Source: Geobacter sp. (GTDB lineage: Bacteria; Myxococcota_A; UBA9160; JADFDR01). From it: 38,912 bases of DNA. The stretch lies in the NCBI GenBank assembly GCA_018262735.1, contig JADFDR010000003.1:1-38912 (forward strand), in the 5' to 3' direction. The notes under the pieces were generated by a model. That model saw only the letters and a list, made by a program, of their open reading frames with translations, searched no databases and was not told the DNA's origin. Both the position numbers and the translations under genes were made by a program. This document shows positions 1 to 10,000 of this stretch, in pieces (position 1 is the first letter of the stretch; every line of letters starts with the position of its first letter).

Positions 1-69
1 CTTCACTTCGAGAAAATGTGCGGAGTCGGTCGAGTTTGAATTCATCGGGACGCAGTGTAGCCGCCTTGC

Positions 70-97
70 TTGACAGAGATCGACCTGCAGATAATCT
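70..97 (+). promoter_or_regulatory. Putative sigma70-type promoter for the cimA leader
   Basis: TTGACA at 70-75, a 16-bp spacer, then TAATCT at 92-97, just upstream of an in-frame leader ATG at 105. Confidence 0.4.
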
Positions 98-104
98 CGA
101 ATCC

Positions 105-269
105 ATGGTTTTTCTGAATCCCCTCCACTTCGCCTGTCCTTGGATGCCAACACGGGCACAACGGAAGCAATGCGCGAATGCACTGCGATCGGGCATCCCT
201 CCTGCGCGTGCGTCGACGCCGTGTGCGATCCACTCGATTTTGATTCCGGGGCAAATGATTGAGCGGTGA
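105..269 (+). CDS. Putative Ile-rich attenuator leader peptide (start at 105 or 144 uncertain)
   Basis: Frame ends ...AIHSILIPGQMIER* with Ile codons at 195, 228, 237, 243 and 258. The TGA stop (267-269) lies inside the predicted antiterminator strand. Confidence 0.45.
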   Translation: MVFLNPLHFACPWMPTRAQRKQCANALRSGIPPARASTPCAIHSILIPGQMIER

Positions 270-334
270 CGACCGCGACCCAAGAGGATCTTTTTTCTTT
301 GGCCGTGGTAAGTCACCACGGCCTTCGTATTTTT
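265..334 (+). promoter_or_regulatory. Transcription attenuator (antiterminator plus intrinsic terminator)
   Basis: Terminator GGCCGTGGT(301-309)-AAGTC-ACCACGGCC(315-323) followed by TTCGTATTTTT. The segment 265-280 GGTGACGACCGCGACC can instead pair with 301-317, so the two structures are mutually exclusive. Confidence 0.65.
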
Positions 335-407
335 GGGCAAACGCTATACGATGCACTGCGCCACCCGGACCGGGCGCCCTCCAACGGTTCCGAAACGAGA
401 TGAGACT

Positions 408-2015
408 ATGGCCAAAAATTCTGAACAATTCGTTTCCATCATGGACACCACGCTGCGCGACGGCGAGCAAACGCCGGACATCTCGTACACGCCCGCAGAA
501 AAACTCCAGATCGCGCGAATGCTGCTCGCCGAAGTCGCCGTCGACCGCATCGAAGTCGCCTCCACGCGCGTTTCGCAAGGTGAAGCAGATGCCGCCAAGT
601 TAATCACCGACTGGGCGCGCAAGGCAGATCGCCTGGAACAAATCGAAATTCTCGGATTTTGCGACGGCAAAAAATCGGTGGACTGGATTACACAAGTCGG
701 TGGAACGGTCCTGAACTTGTTGACCAAGGGCTCCGAGCATCATTGTCGCACGCAACTGCGCGCAACACCGGAGGCGCATCTTCAAAAAATCGAAGAAGTC
801 ATACGTTATGCGCGACACAAAAAAGTGAAGGTCAACGTTTATCTCGAAGACTGGTCGAACGGTGTACGCCAAAACTTCGATTATGTGGCCCTGCTCGTAC
901 GCGCACTGCTACGGCTCGAAGTCGAACGAATCTATCTCCCGGACACGCTCGGCGTTTTCGCACCCAACGACATCGCAAAATATTTCGGAGCCATGGTCAC
1001 CGCTTGGCCACTCGCGCACTTCGAATATCACGGGCACAACGATTATGGCCTGGCGACGGCGAATTGCCTGAGCGCAGTGCAAGCCGGTGCGAAAGGCGTC
1101 CACACGAGCGTCAACGGACTTGGCGAACGCGCAGGAAACAGCCGCCTTGCGGAAGTCGTTGCTGCACTGCACGACCACTCGAAATTTCGAACGCGCGTCG
1201 ACGAAAGCCGCTTGACGGCACTTTCGCGAGTCGTGGAAACATTCACCGGAAAAAGTGTAGCCCTCAATGCACCGATCGTCGGACGCGACGTCTTCACCCA
1301 AACCGCAGGCGTCCACGCCGACGGAGACGCCAAGGGCGATCTCTACGCAAGCCGCTTGGCACCCGACCGTTTCGGACGCAAGCGTCGCTATGCACTCGGC
1401 AAACTTTCGGGCAAAGCCTCTCTGGATCACAATCTCGAGAATCTCGGCATCACACTTGCCGCCGAAGATCACGAAAAAGTGTTACGCCGCATCATCGAAC
1501 TCGGAGACCGAAAACATACTGTCGTCCTCGAAGATTTGCCGATGATCCTTGCCGACGTACTCGATGCGCCGGGCCGCAGCGTTGTGCGCGTCGAATCGTA
1601 TCGAGTTTGCGTCGGCTCGGACGAAACTCCGATGGCCGAAGTCACCGTGCGCTATGCAGACCAATTGCAAACGGCCTCTTCCGTGGGTGACGGCGGATAT
1701 GACGCATTCATGCGAGCATTGCGCAAAGCCGTGCAACCCATGGGCATCGAGATGCCACAGCTTACCGACTTTCGTGTACGCATTCCGCCGGGCGGACGCA
1801 CCGAATCGCTCGTCGAAACACGAATCAGTTGGGGCTCCGAAGAAGAAGGTGGTTTTTCGACGCTCGGGGTCGATTCCGATCAGCTCGCCGCCGCCGTGAC
1901 CGCAACCGAGAAAATGCTCAACATCGTTGCGCCGTCGCGTATCACGCAGAACACGAAAAGCGCAAAAACTTCCAAAACCACGTCTCCCAAAAAAACAAGG
2001 CGGCGTAGCGCGTGA
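408..2015 (+). CDS. cimA: Citramalate synthase / alpha-isopropylmalate synthase family (DRE-TIM), Leptospira/Bacteroidota CimA-like
   Basis: Motifs DTTLRDGEQ, HGHNDYG, GLGERAGN and FTQTAGVHADG, plus a C-terminal LeuA-type regulatory domain. ATG at 408 preferred over the ORF-track start. The cimA versus leuA call is by resemblance only. Confidence 0.8.
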   Translation: MAKNSEQFVSIMDTTLRDGEQTPDISYTPAEKLQIARMLLAEVAVDRIEVASTRVSQGEADAAKLITDWARKADRLEQIEILGFCDGKKSVDWITQVGGTVLNLLTKGSEHHCRTQLRATPEAHLQKIEEVIRYARHKKVKVNVYLEDWSNGVRQNFDYVALLVRALLRLEVERIYLPDTLGVFAPNDIAKYFGAMVTAWPLAHFEYHGHNDYGLATANCLSAVQAGAKGVHTSVNGLGERAGNSRLAEVVAALHDHSKFRTRVDESRLTALSRVVETFTGKSVALNAPIVGRDVFTQTAGVHADGDAKGDLYASRLAPDRFGRKRRYALGKLSGKASLDHNLENLGITLAAEDHEKVLRRIIELGDRKHTVVLEDLPMILADVLDAPGRSVVRVESYRVCVGSDETPMAEVTVRYADQLQTASSVGDGGYDAFMRALRKAVQPMGIEMPQLTDFRVRIPPGGRTESLVETRISWGSEEEGGFSTLGVDSDQLAAAVTATEKMLNIVAPSRITQNTKSAKTSKTTSPKKTRRRSA

Positions 2016-3001
2016 TGCTTTTCGCAAAGAAAACACTTTTTTGGGTCACCTGCCTTGGGCTCCTTGCAAGCTGCACGTCACTCACGACATCCGGATCCGC
2101 AACGAAGTCGGATTCCCAATATCGCGCACCGGAAAACATTCTCGAAATCGTCGCAGTCTTACGACGACATATTCCGGATGACACCTATCGCTTTGATCCG
2201 GCACGCGATTTTACGGGTCGTAACGTATATCGCGCGTCGCTCTTGCGTCTCGAAAACATCGAACGAATCCATGCCGACGCTTTGCGTGCAGGACACATGG
2301 ATCCGGTGATCGCATTCTCGAAAGCACGCGCCCTCGAACGCTTACGCGCATTCGACCTCGCTGCCGAAAACTACCGGGTTGTCGCAAACTACGAAAATTC
2401 ACCCTTGCGCCAAGAAGCCTTGCAGAGCGCCGCCGTATGCGACGCACTCGACGAAGCTTTGCGCTTCGAATTCTTCCGGAGCGAAACTTTCTCCGATGCA
2501 ACGTCCACTCCATTTCCAGAATCGATCGAAAAGGCCGAAGCCATCTTCGCGAAGCGCAACGCCTTGCTCGAAGCACTGCTCGCCGCAAACGGATCGACAC
2601 ATTACCGGTTCATCCTTCAAGAAGAGATTGAACACGCAGACGTATCGCGTGCGCGCTATTTCGAAACCTTGCGTCATGCCAGCAAGGGCGGCAACGAACG
2701 CGCACTTGCCGAATTTCAGCAACTGGTCATGAAACACCGCGACAGCAAACGTTTTCGTCAGCATTTGATTGCACTCGCAGATCTCTATGCTGTGATGGCG
2801 CGAGAATACGTGGATCGCGATCCGCCCGAATCGTTGCTATTCGATCCCGTTGCCTTCCGTGAACTCATCGACGCTGCATCGCAAATTTATCAAAACGTGT
2901 CCAATCAAGATGGTTCGCCCGAGAAAATCGAAGCCGCACGCAAGCTCGAAGAAATGCTTGCCTTTACTCTGAGGGTCGATCGTGATCGATTCACGCCGTA
3001 A
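2015..3001 (+). CDS. Hypothetical lipoprotein, helical/TPR-like
   Basis: Start overlaps the cimA stop (TGATG); lipobox LLASC; Ala/Leu/Arg/Glu-rich helical sequence. Confidence 0.75.
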   Translation: MLFAKKTLFWVTCLGLLASCTSLTTSGSATKSDSQYRAPENILEIVAVLRRHIPDDTYRFDPARDFTGRNVYRASLLRLENIERIHADALRAGHMDPVIAFSKARALERLRAFDLAAENYRVVANYENSPLRQEALQSAAVCDALDEALRFEFFRSETFSDATSTPFPESIEKAEAIFAKRNALLEALLAANGSTHYRFILQEEIEHADVSRARYFETLRHASKGGNERALAEFQQLVMKHRDSKRFRQHLIALADLYAVMAREYVDRDPPESLLFDPVAFRELIDAASQIYQNVSNQDGSPEKIEAARKLEEMLAFTLRVDRDRFTP

Positions 3002-3111
3002 AGAGCCTCTGGTCAATCCCGCTTTATCAATGCGAGTTTCTTTTCCACCGACGGAAAACAGCAGCACCGGTTTGCAACAATGCTTGAAGAATAAAATGGA
3101 TCCGAGGTTCC
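3002..3111 (+). mobile_element. MITE-like ~110-bp repeat, copy A
   Basis: AGAGCCTCTGGTCAAT...CACCGACGGAAAACA...ATGGATCCGAGGTTCC; aligns end to end with five other copies; starts immediately after the TAA at 2999-3001. Confidence 0.8.
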
Positions 3112-3233
3112 TTCCATTGCTCGCATGCATTCTTGCGCGAACGCAGCTTCTTCAAGATGCGTGTCGCCTGCCGGAGCAACAACGCGACGATCTCCGACAA
3201 TCCTGCGCTCGAAGAAACATCGGAAAAACAAAG

Positions 3234-5516
3234 GTGCGAGCATTACTCTTTTTTGTGTTGGCTTCTTTGAGCGCACTGGGTTGCGCTTCCAAAACGACCA
3301 TCCCTCTCTATGCACCGCTCGCTCCCGCGCCCTTGCGTTCCGCGCGCATGCCCGACGAAGCCGACTTTGCCGCGCGCGATCTGCTCTCCGTCGCACTGCT
3401 GGAAGATCGTACGCGTGCCGCAGAGGCACTGGCAAAATTGCGCGAAACGACCCTCCAAAGCACAAACCCGGAAGACAACACAAAATTCGGTATACCCCTC
3501 GTAGCGTATGCACAAAATCTCGTCGATTCGATGCAAGAAAATCCGCGCGCCTATCGAAATGCATCGCGCACTCTGTTGAAACAAAAAAAATTACCCAAGT
3601 CTCTTCGCACGCGTCTCGAGTATGAAGTCGAAGATGATCCCATGCTGCTTAGCAAGGCGCGATTGCGCGACGATCATCAAGCTTCTTTCGGGCAAGTTTT
3701 CAACATGATCGCCGTACCGGCGGGACGCAGCATGATGTCGGCCAGCACACCCATCGTGGGTTTTGTGCGCTCCTTCATCGAGTGGAGCGCAAGCCGGCAT
3801 CTCACCGACGACTTCTCGATCTACGAACGTCAGGCTCTGCACTACTGGGAAGAAGAATTGCGTCGCGAGCCTGATTCGGAAGACGCTCCCGAGCTTACGC
3901 GAAAAGTCGAAATTGCAAACACAAAATTGCGTAATACGCGACGCGACCAAGAACTTCGCAAAGCACGACGCGCGCTCCGCCAAGGCGATCCACGGCTCGC
4001 CTTGGCATTTTCGGAATCGGCATTGCGCAACACTCCGGAAGATTCCAAAGCGCGACGGCTCGGCGAAAAAGCATTGCAGCAAATCGAAACGCAAGACGCT
4101 GCACGCGCGCGAAGTCTGGAAGCACCCCAAAATCTGACCTTGTCGGATCCCACCGAACTGCAACTCGCAGTCGCGCTGCTGGGTTCGGCCTCGGACACCG
4201 ATGTTCGCATCGCGCAAGTGCTCACCGACGATCCCAAAGGCCCATGGGCGGACGAAGCGCGATTTGCTCTCGCGATGCGCAAAATGGAACAACACGAGGA
4301 TGTTTCGAGCTGGAAAATTTTGCAGGAAGCGAAGAAACGCCGACACCGGCATGAAAACATGACTCTCCACGCCAAGACGCTGCTTCACGATCCCGCGCAA
4401 AACCCTCTTGCCATGTTTCAATCAACACGAAAAAGTGACGGATGGTTTCGAACGCGCTGGATTCTCTTTGGTCCGCTCGCGCGCGGCGCACGTGATCGCG
4501 ATTTGCCGCGCACTCTCGAATGGATACTCGACGCGCCTTATTTCATCGATGTCCTCGTCGGCATGCCCGAACGCATCGTGCGTTATCCCTGGCTTTCGCC
4601 CTGGCCGTTTGGACGCGCGCCTTCCTATTTCGCAAATCAGTATCTCGCCCGTTACTCCGACGGAAAAGCAATCGAGGACGTCGAAGAATGGCTTGAGGAC
4701 TATGAAAAACAACGCGGCAACTGGATCGGCGCACATGAAATGGCAAGTCGCCATACACCTGAAGGTGTAGAACCGTCCAAGCAACTGCTGCGGCTTGAGA
4801 AAAAAGCCGCCGAACAAGCCCTTGCCTCCGCAACCCAACAAACGCGCCTCGAAGTACGCATTCCGATGCTGCAAGAAATCGTACGTCGCTATCCAAAAAC
4901 CGAAGCAAGCCGCAAAGCAGGATTGCAGGTCCGCGCCGAAGTTCTCGAGCTCGCACCGCAAGCCATCCGCGTTTCGCGCGGCTTCCTCGAAGAAAACCCC
5001 GAACTCGCAGGCCCCAACGGTCTTGGTCTTCGCCCCGAACTTCTCGACGGGAATCCCGACAATGGCGAGTTGCATCCCCGCGGCGTCACCTTCGAAGGGG
5101 GTAACACTCTTGCGGTTCACTATTTGAACGAACGAGGCAAAAAGAAAGAAGCGCCTGTAACCGTTCGTCAGCAAATTTCTGCCGAACGACTTGCAGAGAT
5201 CGTGGCGCGTCTCGAAGAACGATCCCTCGCACTGACTCTGCTCGATCGCGATTACGAGCATCTTCCCGATGCACAGCGCGATCTCTTCTTTGAGCGTGCA
5301 CGCCTTGGTGTTGCGGAAGAAAAAGCTCCCCGGCATGCGGCGCGCTCGACTTTTGCCTTTCTCGGAATGCGCGAAAAATATGGCCTCGTGCGCGGGCGCG
5401 AATCGATCCTGCCGATTGAACTCGTCTTGCAAAGCTCGGCGAGCGACTTGAGCCTCGGCGCATTCCCTCGCATCAAAGAGCCAAAGAAGACTCCCGACTC
5501 CATTTTCTTTGAATAA
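3234..5516 (+). CDS. Large hypothetical lipoprotein with TPR-like helical region
   Basis: GTG at 3234 gives MRALLFFVLASLSALGC (lipoprotein signal). The longer ORF-track start at 2982 simply reads through repeat copy A. Confidence 0.75.
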   Translation: MRALLFFVLASLSALGCASKTTIPLYAPLAPAPLRSARMPDEADFAARDLLSVALLEDRTRAAEALAKLRETTLQSTNPEDNTKFGIPLVAYAQNLVDSMQENPRAYRNASRTLLKQKKLPKSLRTRLEYEVEDDPMLLSKARLRDDHQASFGQVFNMIAVPAGRSMMSASTPIVGFVRSFIEWSASRHLTDDFSIYERQALHYWEEELRREPDSEDAPELTRKVEIANTKLRNTRRDQELRKARRALRQGDPRLALAFSESALRNTPEDSKARRLGEKALQQIETQDAARARSLEAPQNLTLSDPTELQLAVALLGSASDTDVRIAQVLTDDPKGPWADEARFALAMRKMEQHEDVSSWKILQEAKKRRHRHENMTLHAKTLLHDPAQNPLAMFQSTRKSDGWFRTRWILFGPLARGARDRDLPRTLEWILDAPYFIDVLVGMPERIVRYPWLSPWPFGRAPSYFANQYLARYSDGKAIEDVEEWLEDYEKQRGNWIGAHEMASRHTPEGVEPSKQLLRLEKKAAEQALASATQQTRLEVRIPMLQEIVRRYPKTEASRKAGLQVRAEVLELAPQAIRVSRGFLEENPELAGPNGLGLRPELLDGNPDNGELHPRGVTFEGGNTLAVHYLNERGKKKEAPVTVRQQISAERLAEIVARLEERSLALTLLDRDYEHLPDAQRDLFFERARLGVAEEKAPRHAARSTFAFLGMREKYGLVRGRESILPIELVLQSSASDLSLGAFPRIKEPKKTPDSIFFE

Positions 5517-5819
5517 CAAATATTTGAGTCAATCCATTGCGTCGCGGTGCGTCATGCAACGCGCAGCGAAATGCAAGCCGATTCCGAAAAAGGAAGATCC
5601 TGGCCCACAAAAAAGTCAACACCGGGATGGCTTCACCCGATATGCTGCCCAAACCCAAAAATCGTGTTTCAGGTGCGCAGACAGTTGGGCAGGATTTTTC
5701 TGTCCCGTCGAGCTGTGTACTTCACAACTGAACCCATCCCGTTTTTCCTCGGATCGCGCAGCTTCGCTCGGATGGGTCCTAAAGAAAGAAACCTTTTTCA
5801 TTCCTTTGGAGGGCAATCC

Positions 5820-6878
5820 ATGTTCAATTCACTTTCTTTTCGATTCGTGTTTTTCGGAATTGCGGTAGCCGCAATGTTGCTTCACGCAACGCCGGCGAAC
5901 GCCGTAGCAACGACGCAAATAAGTGTTACTGGCACTGCCGTAAAAGAAACCACTCTGCAACTTCTCGATGCGAACAACCAAACCGTCCAGGAGGACGAGG
6001 ACAGCAATCACGCCGTCGGTCTTTGGTGGTGGCGGAACATTCCTTCGGGAAGCTACACGCTGCTGATTCAACAACCCGGCAAGGCCGATATCCGCGAGAC
6101 GGTCAAAATCGCCGATGGAAAAACAACGACGATCAGCGTCGACAGCGCAGCGCGCACGGTATCCATCACCGGCGAGCGCGAGCCGGATGCCATCAACACC
6201 CTCGACGACTCGCGATTTGCGGTAGCCCTCCTCGGCGGAGTAAAGCGAACGCCATACGATGCACAGGTGCAATCCAAAATGTGGGGCATCGATGAAGAGG
6301 AGAGCTTAAACGATACGATTGGAATGCTCGGCATCGAAGGACGTTACTACCTGCCAAACTTCGAAGTGTTGCAAGCGTGTCGCGCGCGACTTTTCCTTGC
6401 AGCGATGTACCTGGAATATCTCGGCGGAGGACAAACCAACCGCTTCATCAATGCTCATCCCGGACCCAGCAAGGATACCGGCATGAGCCTCGACGAACAG
6501 CGATCTTTGCGTCTGGCGCTTGGCTCGCAGTTCCTACTCACGCAGCAAGTCATGCTTGCAACACTCGTCGGTGTCCATGCCACCCGCGTCAAGGCACGCA
6601 TGCTCAGCGACGAGAGCGGTGGCGGTGGCCCGCGAAACAGCTTCAGCAAATCCGAAACGGTCTGGGGGCCTTACTTCGCGGTGGATCTCATCTTTCCGCT
6701 CTTGCTGCAACAGCTTTTCCATGTGCCAAATCTCGATCTCTTCGTACGTGCAGAAGCGATGCACATGCGCGACGTCACGGCGAGCGGGAAATCTCCATTC
6801 ACCGGCGCAATTTATCATGGCGAGGCCGAGGGTGGGACCCAGTATGGCGGCGCGATTGGAATCATGAAGCGTTTCTAG
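5820..6878 (+). CDS. Exported protein: N-terminal carboxypeptidase-regulatory/PEGA-like beta domain plus probable outer-membrane beta-barrel
   Basis: GGAGG ribosome-binding site before ATG 5820; signal peptide ending ANA; motif NIPSGSYTLLIQQPG; alternating-hydrophobic strands and a C-terminal Phe (GIMKRF). Confidence 0.7.
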   Translation: MFNSLSFRFVFFGIAVAAMLLHATPANAVATTQISVTGTAVKETTLQLLDANNQTVQEDEDSNHAVGLWWWRNIPSGSYTLLIQQPGKADIRETVKIADGKTTTISVDSAARTVSITGEREPDAINTLDDSRFAVALLGGVKRTPYDAQVQSKMWGIDEEESLNDTIGMLGIEGRYYLPNFEVLQACRARLFLAAMYLEYLGGGQTNRFINAHPGPSKDTGMSLDEQRSLRLALGSQFLLTQQVMLATLVGVHATRVKARMLSDESGGGGPRNSFSKSETVWGPYFAVDLIFPLLLQQLFHVPNLDLFVRAEAMHMRDVTASGKSPFTGAIYHGEAEGGTQYGGAIGIMKRF

Positions 6879-6889
6879 ATGCAACTTCC

Positions 6890-6936
6890 AGGGAGGCATT
6901 TGCACGAGATCCCGCTGCAAATGCCTCCCTTTTTTT
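6890..6936 (+). terminator. Rho-independent terminator
   Basis: Perfect 15-bp stem AGGGAGGCATTTGCA / TGCAAATGCCTCCCT followed by a T run. Confidence 0.85.
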
Positions 6937-7018
6937 ATGCAACACAAAAAAGAGATTCATGATGAAGTCGCTTCCGCGTGTCGCGAAACGATTTCGAAGA
7001 AATTCCGGAGAGAGAAAA

Positions 7019-10000
7019 ATGCGCAACTACATCCTGCCGCTTCTTTGGCTTCTGGCTTTCACCTTTCTTCCGAACGGAATTTTCGTCGGAAATGTCTTCG
7101 CCGACGACGATGTGACCGTCGACATGAAGCAATCCGAGATTCCGAAAGACAACAGCGATCTCGAAGCCATCCAAAATTTTGCGCAACAGTTACAGTCACA
7201 AAAATGTGTCTGCCCAAAAATGGACTGCGATGCAGCGCATCGCACTCTGCAAAAACTGGCCGATCTCCAGGGCTACCTCGAAGGAATGCTTGCTTCGCTT
7301 CGCGATGCGAACGACGATCATATGGCGCATTTCAAGGCACTCGCGGAACAAGGCAAGCTCACCAACGAACAACTCGGTCGAACCATCCTCGCGCTCGGCG
7401 TGCAGGAATTTCTGCACAACATGGGTAGTGCGTTGCTCGACATTGCGAGTATCACGAGTTTCTTCAACGAAATTGCGGAAGACCCCAGCAAACTCGCAAG
7501 CAAGAAACCTCTCGAAATCATCGAAAACCTCGACAAATTCTATGAAGCCGTAAAAGACTACGAGAGCGCCGTCACCAATTTGAGTAGCAGTCTCACGGGT
7601 CAAAAGATCGAGGGACCTGTCGGCAACTTGACTCCAGACGTGCTCGGCATCGGCAAAGATGCTCTCAACGATCACAAGAGCACGATCTCCGACGCTATTT
7701 CCGTTTTGAAGGATGTCCACGAGAAAGGCGGCGACGTGCGCGAGGCCTTCAAAAAACCGGGCGGCCCCGCATCCGCCATCGGGCAAATTGCGGGTCGATA
7801 TTTGAAAGCTTACTCCGCCAAACAAATGGAAGAGCGCATGCAATATCTCAAAGATCTCGAAGGCGATCTCGCGGCGTCGGATCTTTCTCAGGCGCAGGCT
7901 TTTCGAGAAATGCAGAAGGTGCAAACGCGCCGCTTCATGGCGGAAGACACGCTCGAGGCTGTACGCGCCGCACTGAGTTCATTTGCGGCCTGTGCAGCGA
8001 AAGCCGGTTGCGGACCATACACTTTGGTGCGTCCACAACTTCCGAATTTCAACACGGAAGTTCCAGGAGCCAACGGCAAAGTCAAAAAGAACTGGGGCAC
8101 CGCATTGCGCTACTACAATGAAGCCTTGGCTGCGTTGCGCTCGGATTTGTCCTTGCCTGCGATCGAAGAGCGCGTGCCCTGCAATCCGACACCAATCGGC
8201 GACAAAATCAAAATCGGATTTGATACTCCGGTGTGGTGCAATTTCGGGGGCGGCTCGACGCCCGTGCCTCCCTTCGGAGGCGACGACGGCAGCACGCCGC
8301 CTCCGACGAGTGGCCCAGGTGATGGCATCGGCATTCCGACCGGAGGCGGAGGAACACCCACCACGCCCGGCGGCACACCTCAAATTCCAGGCGGCCCGCC
8401 GACACATCCTGGTGGCACGGGCACAACGACGCGTCCACCCGGAACAACCTCCAAGCCAAACGACGACGATCCGCGCGACGGCGATCCCACGACCCCGCCG
8501 CCGGTGATCGTGAAAGCAACCAAAACTGCACTCGCAACCGGCGCGCAGGCCGTCGCCGTGCAAGGCGCATTACTCAAAATTGAGACACCCGCACCAGCGC
8601 TACCTCTTGCCGGCAATACAGCGCCCGATACGGGATTCAACGAGTCTCCGCAACAAGGCGTAACCGGACCGGACGGTCAAGCAAAACTCGGGTCTGGTAC
8701 ACCGAACGGAGTCACTCCGGTTGTGGTTGGCGTCGATCTCACTCCACAATCGAGCATGATGGTGACGCTTGGAGGAAACAACCCGCGCGCTGCACTGCAT
8801 CCAGATTTGCATCAATATTGGAAGCGTTCGTTCTTGCTCAATAGCCAAACCGTGGCGGTTTTGTTCTATCCGCAAGAGATGGGCCAAACCGTGGCGCGTC
8901 TTATTCGCGAGTCGGCAAACGTCACTCACTCGGAAATCAATTACTGTCGCGAGAAAGAAGGCACACCGAACGATCCATACTTGCTATCGAAAGGAAGCTG
9001 GAAACAAAACTATGACGATCAATGGGGAATCAAGCGTGTCGGCTTTACTACCGATGCGGATTCCGCATGGAATTCCGTCGGAGAAAAACCTGCGTCGGTT
9101 GTGGTGGCCGTGATTGATTCGGGCCTCGACTGGAATCACAAAGACTTCGCCTGGGAAAATATCTGGCAAAACCCCGGCGAAATTCCCGACAACGGCATCG
9201 ACGACGATGGCAACGGTTATGTCGACGATGCCATCGGCTGGGACTTCTTCCATGGATCCAACAAACCCTGGGATTACGACGGACACGGTACTTTCGTGAC
9301 AGGCATCATTGCAGCAACACAAAATAATGTTACCGGTATCGCAGGCATCAATCCGCACGCAAAGATCATGGTGCTCAAAGCTCTGAACAGCTTTGGCCAC
9401 ACACGCGCCTCGTTCATCGCCGAGGCCGTGCTCTATGCAGCGAATCATGGAGCACAAGTAATCAACTTGTCCGTCGGTGGAAAAAATAGAACTCGCGCCG
9501 AAGAACAGGCAATCTCCTATGCACTCTCGAAAGGCATCGTCGTCGTGGTTGCGGCCGGCAACGAAGGCACGGACGTCGCCGATTTCGGTCCTGCGTCACT
9601 CGAAGGCGTTATTACCGTGACCGCCACGGATCCCAACGACAAGCGCGCAATGTTTGCGAATTGGGGTTCCGGCATCGACATCGCTGCACCGGGCGTGGAC
9701 ATTCTTTCGCTGCGTGGCCGTCGCACGGACTTGATGCGCGACCTACCCGGCACCGACTACCAACCCGACTCGGCTTTCGTCGGTAGCGACAAACGTTACT
9801 TCCGGGCTTCCGGCACTTCGTTTGCCGCGCCGATCGTTGCGGGTACGGCATCGCTTCTGATCTCGAAAAATCCCAATCTCCGTGCGGAGCAAGTGAAACG
9901 AATCTTACTCCATTCCGCGAAAGACATTGAGACACCAGGCATCGATCAACTCACGGGGTATGGCCTGCTCGACGCCAAAGCGGCGCTCGCTGCGGATCCA

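Noticed and set aside
2982-3233. Longer start for the second lipoprotein
   Set aside because: It reads through repeat copy A; the lipoprotein signal begins at GTG 3234
6377-7018. N-terminal 214 aa of the 1310-aa ORF-track protein
   Set aside because: It overlaps the upstream gene and crosses a strong terminator; a ribosome-binding site and signal peptide mark 7019 as the real start
8240-8505. Pro/Gly/Thr-rich stretch as a DNA tandem repeat
   Set aside because: Low complexity is at the protein level only; no exact nucleotide repeat unit is visible
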